A stretch of DNA of 64,000 nucleotides from Desulfomicrobium sp. (GTDB lineage Bacteria > Desulfobacterota > Desulfovibrionia > Desulfovibrionales > Desulfomicrobiaceae): the NCBI GenBank assembly GCA_040768745.1, contig JAXGMI010000002.1, positions 224,001-288,000 of the forward strand, in the 5' to 3' direction. The translations under genes and the position numbers were made by a program. The number at the start of each line of letters is the position of its first letter. Position 1 is the first letter of the stretch. Shown here one piece after another: positions 28,896 to 37,417 of the stretch. The notes beneath the pieces are model-generated. The model was not told the DNA's origin. It saw only the letters and a program-made list of their open reading frames with translations, and did not search any database.

Positions 28896-30113
28896 TCACA
28901 GGGTGGTTGACCAGTGCAGGGCCTTTTTTTGGATAGCCATGTTCATTTCCGGCTGGATGAACTCCTCGGGCTTTTCTAAAAAGGGAAGATACTCGATGCG
29001 AGTCTGCACAGGCCTGAGGGAGCCACCAAGGATTTTTGGAAAAAGGTTCTTACGGGCTGGTGCCAAATATCCCAAAACAACGGGAAGCGCTTGGAATGCC
29101 TCCTCCTTGGGCAACGTAACCGGGTGAAGATGCGCCCCCGGCAGTTTCTCCCTTTCCTCTGCTGTGGGCTGGTAGAGGCTGAGCCTGCTGCTCAATGCCA
29201 GAAAAAGTTCGGGTCTGATTTTAAAGGCCGGGACGCGAAAGCTGAAGGACGTGGATTCCATCCATGGCAGGACAACCCGAGGTATGTTGGTCAGTCGGAC
29301 AAGATCGGCCCAGGTTTGCAGGCGGAATCCTGAGGCCGTGCAATGCAGGTTCCAGAAGGGAAGATAGATGGTGGGCTCTTCCCCGGAAGGAAAAAAGAAC
29401 GGCACGATAGGCATGCCACCGCTGGGTCCAGGCTCCCAGGCTGTATCGCAATGCGGGCACGTTTGGACCAGGCTTTGCCGATCCCCCTGCACGTCCCAGC
29501 CGCACTGGGGGCAGAGGGTGGAGGAGAACCGGAGCTTGCTGGACGCGGGCTGCAGTGCTTCGAGGTCGATACAGGCAGGGCCGAGTTGCTCCCCCGTGAG
29601 TCCGTCCACGAGGTCATTGCCTTGAAACACTGGCAGGTAAATGAGGGAGAGGACATCCCCGACGCAGGCAGTCAGTCGTGGCGAGGCCAAGGTTGTCATT
29701 CCAGGAATGGCCCGGAGAAGTTTCGATTTGAAATCCGCACTGCCCATGGCCGGCTTCTGAAAAAGACCCGGGGTCCCGGGCTCCACGAATGACAGTCGCA
29801 TGGCCTGGGGACGCAATCCCAGAGAAGGGGGCATGGTCCTCAGATCGGCGGCCAACAGTGTCGAATCGAGAATTTTGTGATGCACGGCCTCCATCCCAAG
29901 GACGAAGGCGTTGCCACGGAACCGCCAATACGGGACATGAATAAGGATCCCGTCGTGCTCGATGCGGGGCTTGATGAAATAGTGGAAGGGGCCGTCGGAA
30001 TGGATGAAGAGGCGGACTTGGCAAAACGGACAGGCAAAGATCCTGTCCGTCTCTTGGAGCTCCACCGGCGCCCCGCATTGCGGGCATTGATGGAAAAGGT
30101 TGAGTTTTCCCAC
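28896..30113 (-). CDS. Multi-zinc-ribbon hypothetical protein
   Basis: CPQCG, CPFC, CPQCG, CPHC and two Y/H-x-P-F/Y-W motifs; starts 2 bp after the SPFH gene. Confidence 0.8.
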   Translation of the reverse strand: MGKLNLFHQCPQCGAPVELQETDRIFACPFCQVRLFIHSDGPFHYFIKPRIEHDGILIHVPYWRFRGNAFVLGMEAVHHKILDSTLLAADLRTMPPSLGLRPQAMRLSFVEPGTPGLFQKPAMGSADFKSKLLRAIPGMTTLASPRLTACVGDVLSLIYLPVFQGNDLVDGLTGEQLGPACIDLEALQPASSKLRFSSTLCPQCGWDVQGDRQSLVQTCPHCDTAWEPGPSGGMPIVPFFFPSGEEPTIYLPFWNLHCTASGFRLQTWADLVRLTNIPRVVLPWMESTSFSFRVPAFKIRPELFLALSSRLSLYQPTAEEREKLPGAHLHPVTLPKEEAFQALPVVLGYLAPARKNLFPKILGGSLRPVQTRIEYLPFLEKPEEFIQPEMNMAIQKKALHWSTTL

Positions 30114-30115
30114 GT

Positions 30116-31252
30116 TCAGGCCATGCGCTCACCGCAGTGGTTGCAGAACAGGGAACTGGCCAGATTTTCCTGACCACAGGACGGACAGGCGGCTGTCTGG
30201 CGCGTGCTGCCGACCCGCAGCCCGCATTTGGGACAGAAGCGTGTGCCCGGGGCCAGATTCTTTCCGCATCCAGTGCACTGTTCGAAGATCAGCAGTTGAT
30301 GGCCGCATGATGGGCAGAACCTGTCCTGCTCCCGGATGGGTTCCTTGCATTCGGAGCAGCTCAATGACGCTGACGCCACAGGGGCCGCTGGAGTGGTCTG
30401 GGATGCCATATGCATGGCCTGGGCCATGAGGGAGGGCATCATGAAGCCCACGCCTAGGCCCATGGATTCCCCTGCAGTTCCAGGGTTTTCGGCGGCCTTT
30501 TCCATGGCCGTTGCCGCTTTGAGTTGGATCAACTTGGTCATGTCGTCGAACATGCCGAGCTTGGTTTTGTCGTCCATGGCCTTCTGGACTTCTGGAGGGG
30601 GGGTAATGGCGTTGATGTACAGCTGGTTCAGGGAAATGCCGAAATGGCGGAAGTCCTCCTGCAATCTGGCCTGCAGCCCTTTGGACCACCCCTCGTAACG
30701 GCTCGGCAGATTGAGGATGGTGTCCATGTTTTCGCCGAGATAGTCGTTGAAACGGGAGACGATGACCTTGCCCAGGTACTCCTCCAGGCTGTCCACGGTG
30801 AAGGAGGCCATGGTCCCCACCAGGGAGTTGATGAACAGCAGGGGCTGGACCACCTGGATATTGAACATCCCATAGGCCCGCAGGCGGATGAGGCCAAGTT
30901 CCGTATCCTTGAAGGCAACGGGCTGTCGGGTGCCCCACTTCAGGCTGGCGAAGACCTTGGTGTTGATCAGGTAGGCCTCGGCCCGCAGAGGACTTTCCAG
31001 CCCCCAGGGAATGCCCATGATCTTGTTCAGGATGGGGATATTGGCGGTTTTCAGGGTGTGGCGGCCCGGAGGAAAGACGTGCACCGCCTTGCCGTTGTAA
31101 AAGAAGACTCCGGCCTGGGACTCACGGACCACCATCTGCGCGCCGTATTTGATTTCCCCGGAGCCTTCCTGAGGAAAGCGGTGCGCAACTTCCTTGCCGC
31201 TGTCGTCGAACCACTCTATGAGTTCCAAAAAGAAGATGTTGTCCGTGCCCAT
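30116..31252 (-). CDS. SPFH/Band-7 (YdjI-like) protein with C-terminal zinc ribbons
   Basis: MVVRESQAG, PPGRHTL, KWGT..P, RLRAYG, six CxxC motifs; GGAGG RBS. Confidence 0.88.
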   Translation of the reverse strand: MGTDNIFFLELIEWFDDSGKEVAHRFPQEGSGEIKYGAQMVVRESQAGVFFYNGKAVHVFPPGRHTLKTANIPILNKIMGIPWGLESPLRAEAYLINTKVFASLKWGTRQPVAFKDTELGLIRLRAYGMFNIQVVQPLLFINSLVGTMASFTVDSLEEYLGKVIVSRFNDYLGENMDTILNLPSRYEGWSKGLQARLQEDFRHFGISLNQLYINAITPPPEVQKAMDDKTKLGMFDDMTKLIQLKAATAMEKAAENPGTAGESMGLGVGFMMPSLMAQAMHMASQTTPAAPVASASLSCSECKEPIREQDRFCPSCGHQLLIFEQCTGCGKNLAPGTRFCPKCGLRVGSTRQTAACPSCGQENLASSLFCNHCGERMA

Positions 31253-31362
31253 GGTGCCTCCTGATGGGGTCAAAGATATTCGGCCTATAGGACGAATCGC
31301 TTGCAATTACAACGTGGTCCGCTTAATATTTCAGGCCAGATTGAGGCACAGGAGGGTTTTCC

Positions 31363-31893
31363 ATGCACAACGGCAGGGAGATCATGTCCCCAGGGGATAT
31401 CGAGCGTTCCTTGGACCGTATGGCCTGTGAGATTCTGGAGCAGGTCCCGGCCCAGGAGTCCATCGCCTTAATAGGCATTCAACGCCGGGGAGTGGATCTG
31501 GCTGCCCGGCTGTGCAGTCTGCTCACGTCCAAGACTGACCGGCCCATTGTCTGCGGAGAATTGGACATCAATCTGTATCGGGATGACTGGACCACTTCTG
31601 TGTCCACTCCGAACATCAACGCCACACACATCGATTTTCCGGTGGAGGACAAGACCATCATCCTGGTGGACGACGTTCTTTTCACAGGCCGCACCGTTCG
31701 GGGGGCTTTAGAAGCCATTCTTGACTTCGGTCGTCCGCGGGCGGTGAAGCTGCTGGTCCTGGTTGATCGTGGCCATCGTGAGCTGCCCATCCAGGCGGAT
31801 TTTGTGGGCAAGGTCGTGCCGACCTCGCGCACGGAGCAGATCAACGTTTTTTTGATGGAACGCGACGGTCAGGATCGGGTGGTCTTGGGCTGA
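31363..31893 (+). CDS. pyrR: Bifunctional pyrimidine regulator/uracil phosphoribosyltransferase
   Basis: LDINLYRDD, LVDDVLFTGRT, VDRGHRELPI. Confidence 0.95.
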   Translation: MHNGREIMSPGDIERSLDRMACEILEQVPAQESIALIGIQRRGVDLAARLCSLLTSKTDRPIVCGELDINLYRDDWTTSVSTPNINATHIDFPVEDKTIILVDDVLFTGRTVRGALEAILDFGRPRAVKLLVLVDRGHRELPIQADFVGKVVPTSRTEQINVFLMERDGQDRVVLG

Positions 31894-31904
31894 TTTTTAT
31901 GCCG

Positions 31905-31959
31905 GATGCAAACAGAAATGCCGCCTTCCCAACGGAGAGGCGGCATTTCTGTTTGCATC
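31905..31959. terminator. 22-bp perfect inverted repeat between convergent pyrR and dapA (likely bidirectional terminator)
   Basis: GATGCAAACAGAAATGCCGCCT...AGGCGGCATTTCTGTTTGCATC. Confidence 0.8.
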
Positions 31960-31970
31960 AGCAGCGCTGT

Positions 31971-32849
31971 TCAGATGAGGTGTTTTTCCCGCAGAAACGA
32001 TTGCAACTTGGCGCTGTTGTCAGCCCCCATGGGCACCAGCGGCAGGCGTAGTTCCAACTTGATGCGTCCCATCATGGCCAGTGAGGTCTTGGCCGGAATG
32101 GGGTTGGTTTCCATGAACATCATGCGTGAAAAGGAGGCCAACTCGTAGTGGAGTTCCCGGGCCTTGGCCAGGTCGCCCGCGAACCAGGCCGAACACATGC
32201 CGCTCATCTTGTGCGGCAGGATGTTGGAGACCACCGAGATAACGCCGCATCCGCCCACGGCCAGAAGGGGCAAAACGGTGAAGTCGTCGCCAGAAAGCAC
32301 CTGAAAATCCGGCCCGCAGAATTCCAGGACTTGGGAGACCTGGTTCAGATCGCCGGTGGCTTCCTTGATCCCCACGATATCCTCGACGTCCTTGTTCAGC
32401 CGGGCCACGGTGGCGGGCAGCAGATTGACGCTGGTCCGGCCGGGGACGTTGTAGAGGATGAAGGGCATGGATACTTCGTCGGCAATGCGCCTGAAGTGTT
32501 GGTACAGACCTTCCTGGGTGGGCTTGTTGTAGTAAGGGGTGATCAGCAGCGCCCCATCAGCCCCGGCCTCCTTCGCATAGCGGGTCAACTCCACCGCCTC
32601 GGCCGTATTGTTCGATCCCGCCCCTGCCAGAACAGGCACCCGGCCCTTGACCTGGTCCACGCAGATGCTGATGACCTGTTTGTGTTCGGCGTGACTCATG
32701 GTGGCTGATTCTCCGGTGGTGCCGCAAGGCACGACGCCGTTGATACCGCTTTCCACCTGCCATTCGATCAGCTTCCGGTAGGCCTCCTCGTCGACTTGGC
32801 CGTTACTGAACGGAGTGATCAGGGCTGTGAAGGCTCCTTTGAATTGCAT
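31971..32849 (-). CDS. dapA: 4-hydroxy-tetrahydrodipicolinate synthase
   Basis: TALITPF, CGTTGES, PYYNKP, YNVPGRT, GIKEATG, ETNPIP. Confidence 0.97.
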   Translation of the reverse strand: MQFKGAFTALITPFSNGQVDEEAYRKLIEWQVESGINGVVPCGTTGESATMSHAEHKQVISICVDQVKGRVPVLAGAGSNNTAEAVELTRYAKEAGADGALLITPYYNKPTQEGLYQHFRRIADEVSMPFILYNVPGRTSVNLLPATVARLNKDVEDIVGIKEATGDLNQVSQVLEFCGPDFQVLSGDDFTVLPLLAVGGCGVISVVSNILPHKMSGMCSAWFAGDLAKARELHYELASFSRMMFMETNPIPAKTSLAMMGRIKLELRLPLVPMGADNSAKLQSFLREKHLI

Positions 32850-32895
32850 CGTTTCCTCCCGGGTTGTGACTGGGGTTGAGATTCACTGGAGAGAT

Positions 32896-33735
32896 TCAAA
32901 GGCCCACCTCGGCAGGGCTGAATACACCCTGGTAGACGAGCTGGGCCTTGCCGCGCAGGAAAATATCTGTGCCGCGGACAGTGATTTCAAGGACTTCTCC
33001 GCCTGAGGTGGTAACTCTGGCCGTGGGTCCGCAAAGATTCAGGGCATGGGCCACGGCCACGGAGGCTGCAGCGCCTGTGCCGCAGGCGTAGGTTTCGTTT
33101 TCCACCCCGCGTTCATACGTCCTCAGCAGGATATGTTCGCGGTTGAGAATCTGGATGAAGTTGGCGTTGGTTCCGGCCGGTGCGAAGTGCGCGTGGTTGC
33201 GGATCTCTGCGCCGAGTGTCGTGACGTCCAGGCTGTTGACATCCTCGGACACAACCACAGTGTGGGGCACGCCGGTGTTGGTGAAATGGGCGGTCAAGTC
33301 CTTTCCATCCACATGCAAAGGGAAGGACAGGGTCATATCGCTGGCCGGAGTCAGCTGGACTGCGACCTCTCCTTCGTCGGGAAAAACCTGGGCGTGGACC
33401 ACCCCGGCATCGGTGAGCATGAGATGTTTGGCCGGGGCCATGCCCAGCTTGAAGGCCAACAGGGTCGCGCAACGCGAGCCGTTCCCGCACATTTCTGCCC
33501 GGGATCCATCGGCGTTGAAAAAATGCCACTTGGTCGAGGCCTGTCCTGAGCTGTCGTGCTCCAGAAAAATTATCCCATCCGCGCCGATACGAAAGGCGCG
33601 CGGACACAGGGCTTTGGCCCAGGAAGCCATGGCATCGGGGGATATGGATCGGGAGCGGTTGTCAATGATGATGAAGTCATTTCCGCTGCCCTGCATTTTG
33701 AAAAAAAGTTGGGTCGGTCCGGCGAGAATGGACAT
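32896..33735 (-). CDS. dapF: Diaminopimelate epimerase
   Basis: KMQGSGNDF, NADGSRAEMCGNG, TGVPH, RTYERGVENETYACGTG. Confidence 0.97.
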   Translation of the reverse strand: MSILAGPTQLFFKMQGSGNDFIIIDNRSRSISPDAMASWAKALCPRAFRIGADGIIFLEHDSSGQASTKWHFFNADGSRAEMCGNGSRCATLLAFKLGMAPAKHLMLTDAGVVHAQVFPDEGEVAVQLTPASDMTLSFPLHVDGKDLTAHFTNTGVPHTVVVSEDVNSLDVTTLGAEIRNHAHFAPAGTNANFIQILNREHILLRTYERGVENETYACGTGAAASVAVAHALNLCGPTARVTTSGGEVLEITVRGTDIFLRGKAQLVYQGVFSPAEVGL

Positions 33736-33804
33736 GATGAATCCTTGAATGATCTCAAATGTAGTGCAATCTAGGCCCCATCGCCCAAAAAATCAAGAAA
33801 AGGG

Positions 33805-34647
33805 CTAGGGATTCAAGGCCGCTCTGATTTGCGGATCTGCCGTCACCGCATCGTTCAAGGGGGTGTTGCGGGTCAAAACCGTGGATTCGGGTTCCCAGAC
33901 GATTTTTTTTCCTGGCCGTGGCATGGCCGGGATGATGACGGAGTTCACGCCCATGCCCTTGCCGAAGGGGCGGACCCAGAGCACCTGGTTGTCCGCCATG
34001 TACAGACCGGTGTAGCCCGGTCCCTCGCCCGAGCCGAGAATGATGTCGAACACACTGCCTTTGCTGTTGATGAACGCCGTTTCCCTGGCTGAACCCCAGG
34101 TGCTGACTCCGACAATGAGATTGAATTTTCCGCTTTGGCGCAGTTTCTCGGCTAATGCTGACGTTTCCTCCTCCTTGTCGCTCTCCTGGGGAAAAAGGAT
34201 AAAAGCTAACTTCCCTTCCGGGACGTCGCGTTCGAGCACTTCCGGGGCTGGGCCGGGGTTTTTCCAGGCAGGAGAAGAAGGGACATTGCCTTCCTTGAGC
34301 ACCTGGAGATCCGCCGGAGCCAGCAGGACAGCGTCATAGGGCAACATGGCGTAGGCCCTGGCCGCCTTGGCGATTTCCGCGGGAGGGCGGTTGCTTGCTC
34401 CGGCCACGCCGGCGAATTCGAAGCCCCCTCCAATCACGATCGTTCCCGGTGTTTCGATCACCGACTTGATATGCGTGGCCCGCCGGGCCAGTCCGCCAAG
34501 GGTCTTGCCCCCTCAGGTCGGGCAGGGAGAATATTCGCCCTGGGTGTTGGCTGTAAAGACGATGGTTGTCTGGGCCAAGGCTGAATCGCCCAGGCTCATT
34601 GCGGAAACAGCCCAGATCAAGGTGCAGAGGAGTGTGCGGAGTTTCAT
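33805..34647 (-). CDS. Secreted UshA-like selenoprotein (280 aa, Sec45 encoded by in-frame TGA at 34513-34515)
   Basis: Signal peptide, then TIVFTANTQGEYSPCPT-TGA-GGKTLGGLARRA, continuing in frame into the track ORF 33805..34461; hairpin downstream of the UGA. Confidence 0.85.
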
Positions 34648-34648
34648 G

Positions 34649-35452
34649 TCAGCAAAGAGGCTTTAGGATTGGGCTGCGCGCGATGAGGTCTTTGAGCCGC
34701 TCACGTCGTTCCACGATTTTTGCGGCGATTTCCCGGATGTCCTGTGCGGCCCGGCAACTGGGTGCAAATTTGAGGAGAGGCACTTGGTGCCGCACGGACT
34801 CCATGACCATAGGGTCCTTGTGCACCACGCCCAAAAGCCTGATGGGCAGGCTCAGAAACCGTTCGCAGGCCTGGGCCAGACGGTCGAAAGCGGTTCTGGC
34901 TTCTCTGGATGACTCGGACATGTTGACGATGAGCTGGAAATTTTTGGTCTGATGCTGGGCGGACAGAACCTTGATCAGCGCGTAGCTGTCCGTCAGGGAC
35001 GTGGGTTCCGGCGTAATGACAATGATGCGTTCCTGTGGCCTGGCTGCAAAAGACAGGACCGTGGGACTGATGCCCGCGCCGAGGTCCAGCAGCAGGAAAT
35101 GATATTGTCTGAAAAGGGCGTCGAGCTTGTCGAGCAGGATGCTCTGCACGTCGTCATCCAGGTCCACGAGTTCGGCTACACCCGAGGCGGATGGCAGAAA
35201 GGCGAAATCCTGGGCCAGGGGTACGACCACGCTTTCCAGCGGGGCCTCGCCCAGAAGGTCCTGCAGATTCTTTTCCGGAGAAATGCCCAGGAGCACATCA
35301 AGATTGGCCAACCCCAGGTCTCCGTCCAAGAGAACCAGGGAGTGCCCGAGTTCATGGAGGGCGAATCCCAGGTTCAGGGCGATGTTGGTTTTCCCCACCC
35401 CGCCCTTGCCGCTGACTACGGCGAGGCTTAAAGTCGTGTTTAGTGCGGTCAT
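34649..35452 (-). CDS. MinD/ParA-family ATPase (FlhG/FleN-like)
   Basis: SGKGGVGKT, DGDLGLANLD, DLGAGIS, TPEPTSLTDSYALIK. Confidence 0.9.
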   Translation of the reverse strand: MTALNTTLSLAVVSGKGGVGKTNIALNLGFALHELGHSLVLLDGDLGLANLDVLLGISPEKNLQDLLGEAPLESVVVPLAQDFAFLPSASGVAELVDLDDDVQSILLDKLDALFRQYHFLLLDLGAGISPTVLSFAARPQERIIVITPEPTSLTDSYALIKVLSAQHQTKNFQLIVNMSESSREARTAFDRLAQACERFLSLPIRLLGVVHKDPMVMESVRHQVPLLKFAPSCRAAQDIREIAAKIVERRERLKDLIARSPILKPLC

Positions 35453-35453
35453 G

Positions 35454-36308
35454 TCAGTCCTTTTCCGGCTCGGTATTCGAGGTAGGTGCAGCGAATGAAG
35501 AAAAAAGAAATCGTTTTTCGTTCTGGTGTACCTGGGTCTGGCCTGCGTCGTGGCCAAGATCCAGGATGGGAGCTGCCTGGATCCGGTTCTTGCCGTCGCG
35601 CTTGGCCTGGTACAAGGCTTTATCTGCCTCGGCCAGCATTCTGGCCTGGTCCGGGACCTGTTTGCCGCGGTAGCTGGCCAGCCCCATGGAGCAACTGAAT
35701 CCCAACTCGGTTGTGCCGCAGACGACCCTGGCTTTTCTGATGGAATCGAGAATGCGGTCCAGGAGTATCTGGGCCCGCATTTGACCTGTGCCAGGGAGAA
35801 TGAGTCCGAACTCTTCACCCCCGATACGAGCGGCTATGTCGATCTTGCGCGTTTGTTCCAGCAGGATGCGGGCCATGGTCTGCAGGATCTTGTCCCCGCA
35901 GGGATGGCCATAGGTGTCGTTGATAGACTTGAAGTTGTCCAAATCCATGACACACAGACTTACAGGAGACTTGAAACGGGTGGCCCGTTCCACTTCCAGT
36001 CCCATGGCCGCGTCAAAGGCGCGCCGGTTGAGCAGTCCGGTCAGCGAGTCATGGTCCCTTTGGAAGGACAGGGCCGAAATTTTTTCCTTGAGCATGGCCA
36101 GGGCCGGAAATTTATCCCGGCCCAGGGGGAGAACCAGCCACTCGTCCATACCGTGGAGCTGCAGAAGCGAGGACAGAGTTCCCCCTTCCTTAATCAGGCG
36201 GATGAGCGCGCTGAAATCCGGGGATGTCTGAGTTTCCGGCAGGAGATTTTCCAGGGCTCGCAGTTCGCCCAGCAGCGCCTCGTCCAAAGGAAGTTCAGGT
36301 CCGTGCAT
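35454..36308 (-). CDS. Diguanylate cyclase (GGEEF)
   Basis: DSLTGLLNRR, DLDNFKSINDTYGH..GD, RKID I-site, GGEEF, ADKALYQAK. Confidence 0.93.
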   Translation of the reverse strand: MHGPELPLDEALLGELRALENLLPETQTSPDFSALIRLIKEGGTLSSLLQLHGMDEWLVLPLGRDKFPALAMLKEKISALSFQRDHDSLTGLLNRRAFDAAMGLEVERATRFKSPVSLCVMDLDNFKSINDTYGHPCGDKILQTMARILLEQTRKIDIAARIGGEEFGLILPGTGQMRAQILLDRILDSIRKARVVCGTTELGFSCSMGLASYRGKQVPDQARMLAEADKALYQAKRDGKNRIQAAPILDLGHDAGQTQVHQNEKRFLFSSFAAPTSNTEPEKD

Positions 36309-37405
36309 GCAGGTAGAGGAGGTAGTTGTGGATGAAGGTGTCAATGGAACCGTCCAGAACCGCGTCCACATTGCTGGACTCCGTATTGGTGCGATGGTCC
36401 TTGACCAGTCTGTATGGCTGGAGGGTATACGTCCGGATCTGGGAACCGAAGGCGATGGTCCCTTTGGCCACGTACTCTGCCTGACGTTCGTCCGCTCTTT
36501 TTTGCAACTCCAGTTCGTAAAGTCGGGCCTTCAGAACCTTGAGGGCCGCTTCCTTGTTTTTGTGCTGGGATTTTTCGTTCTGACACTGGGCGACCAGCCC
36601 GGATGGTATGTGCGTGACGCGTACCGCCGAGTCCGTGGTGTTGACGGACTGTCCGCCGGGACCGCTGGAGCGGAAAATATCAATACGGATATCTTCGTCC
36701 CGGAAATCTATTTCAATATCCTGACCAGCATCGGGATAGACGTCGACTGAAGCAAAGGAAGTGTGTCGCCGGCCACTGGAATCAAATGGAGAAATGCGGA
36801 TCAGGCGATGAGTGCCCTTTTCCCCCTTGAGCTGTCCGTATGCATACGGACCGTGGATGTGCAGGGTCACGCTCTTGATCCCCGCCTCGTCGCCGGGCAG
36901 AAGGTCCAAAACCTCCACCTTGAAGCCATTCCGCTCCGCAAATCGACGGTACATGCGCAGGAGCATTTCTGCCCAGTCCTGGGATTCGGTTCCTCCTGCC
37001 CCGGGATGGATTTCCAGAATGGCCTCGCTGATGTCCTCTGGATCGCTCAGAAGGGTGCGCATCTGGGCTGCTTCCAGATGGGTTTTCATCTCCGTCAGGG
37101 AGTCCTCCAGGGCGACAAGCATCTCCTCGGTCTGTTCCTCGCCTGCCAGCTCAACCCATTCAGTCATGTTGTCCCTGGTTTTGGCCAGGCTTTCCCATTC
37201 TCCCACCTGACTGGACAGCTGGGTTTTTTCCTGCAGGACCGGGGTCAGAAGTTCCGGCCTGTCCCATGCGCCAGGTGAAGAGAGCTGCTTCTCGATCTGC
37301 GCCAGTCGCTCCTTGTGACCGCGAAGGTCAAAGACGCCTCCAGAAATCGTTGAATTTCTCGTCCAGCTGCGCGGCCATGGCCTTGAGTTCTGAAAATTGT
37401 AACAT
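36295..37405 (-). CDS. prfB: Peptide chain release factor 2, programmed +1 frameshift at CTT-TGA-C (37333-37327)
   Basis: MLQFSEL...FWRRL, GGAGG-cgt-CTT TGA C; the +1 frame carries SPF and GGQ motifs. Confidence 0.97.
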
Positions 37406-37417
37406 GCTGTTCTCTTT

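Noticed and set aside
31905..31959. Long inverted repeat as a MITE or REP element
   Set aside because: Only one copy seen in the window, and its position between convergent genes fits a terminator
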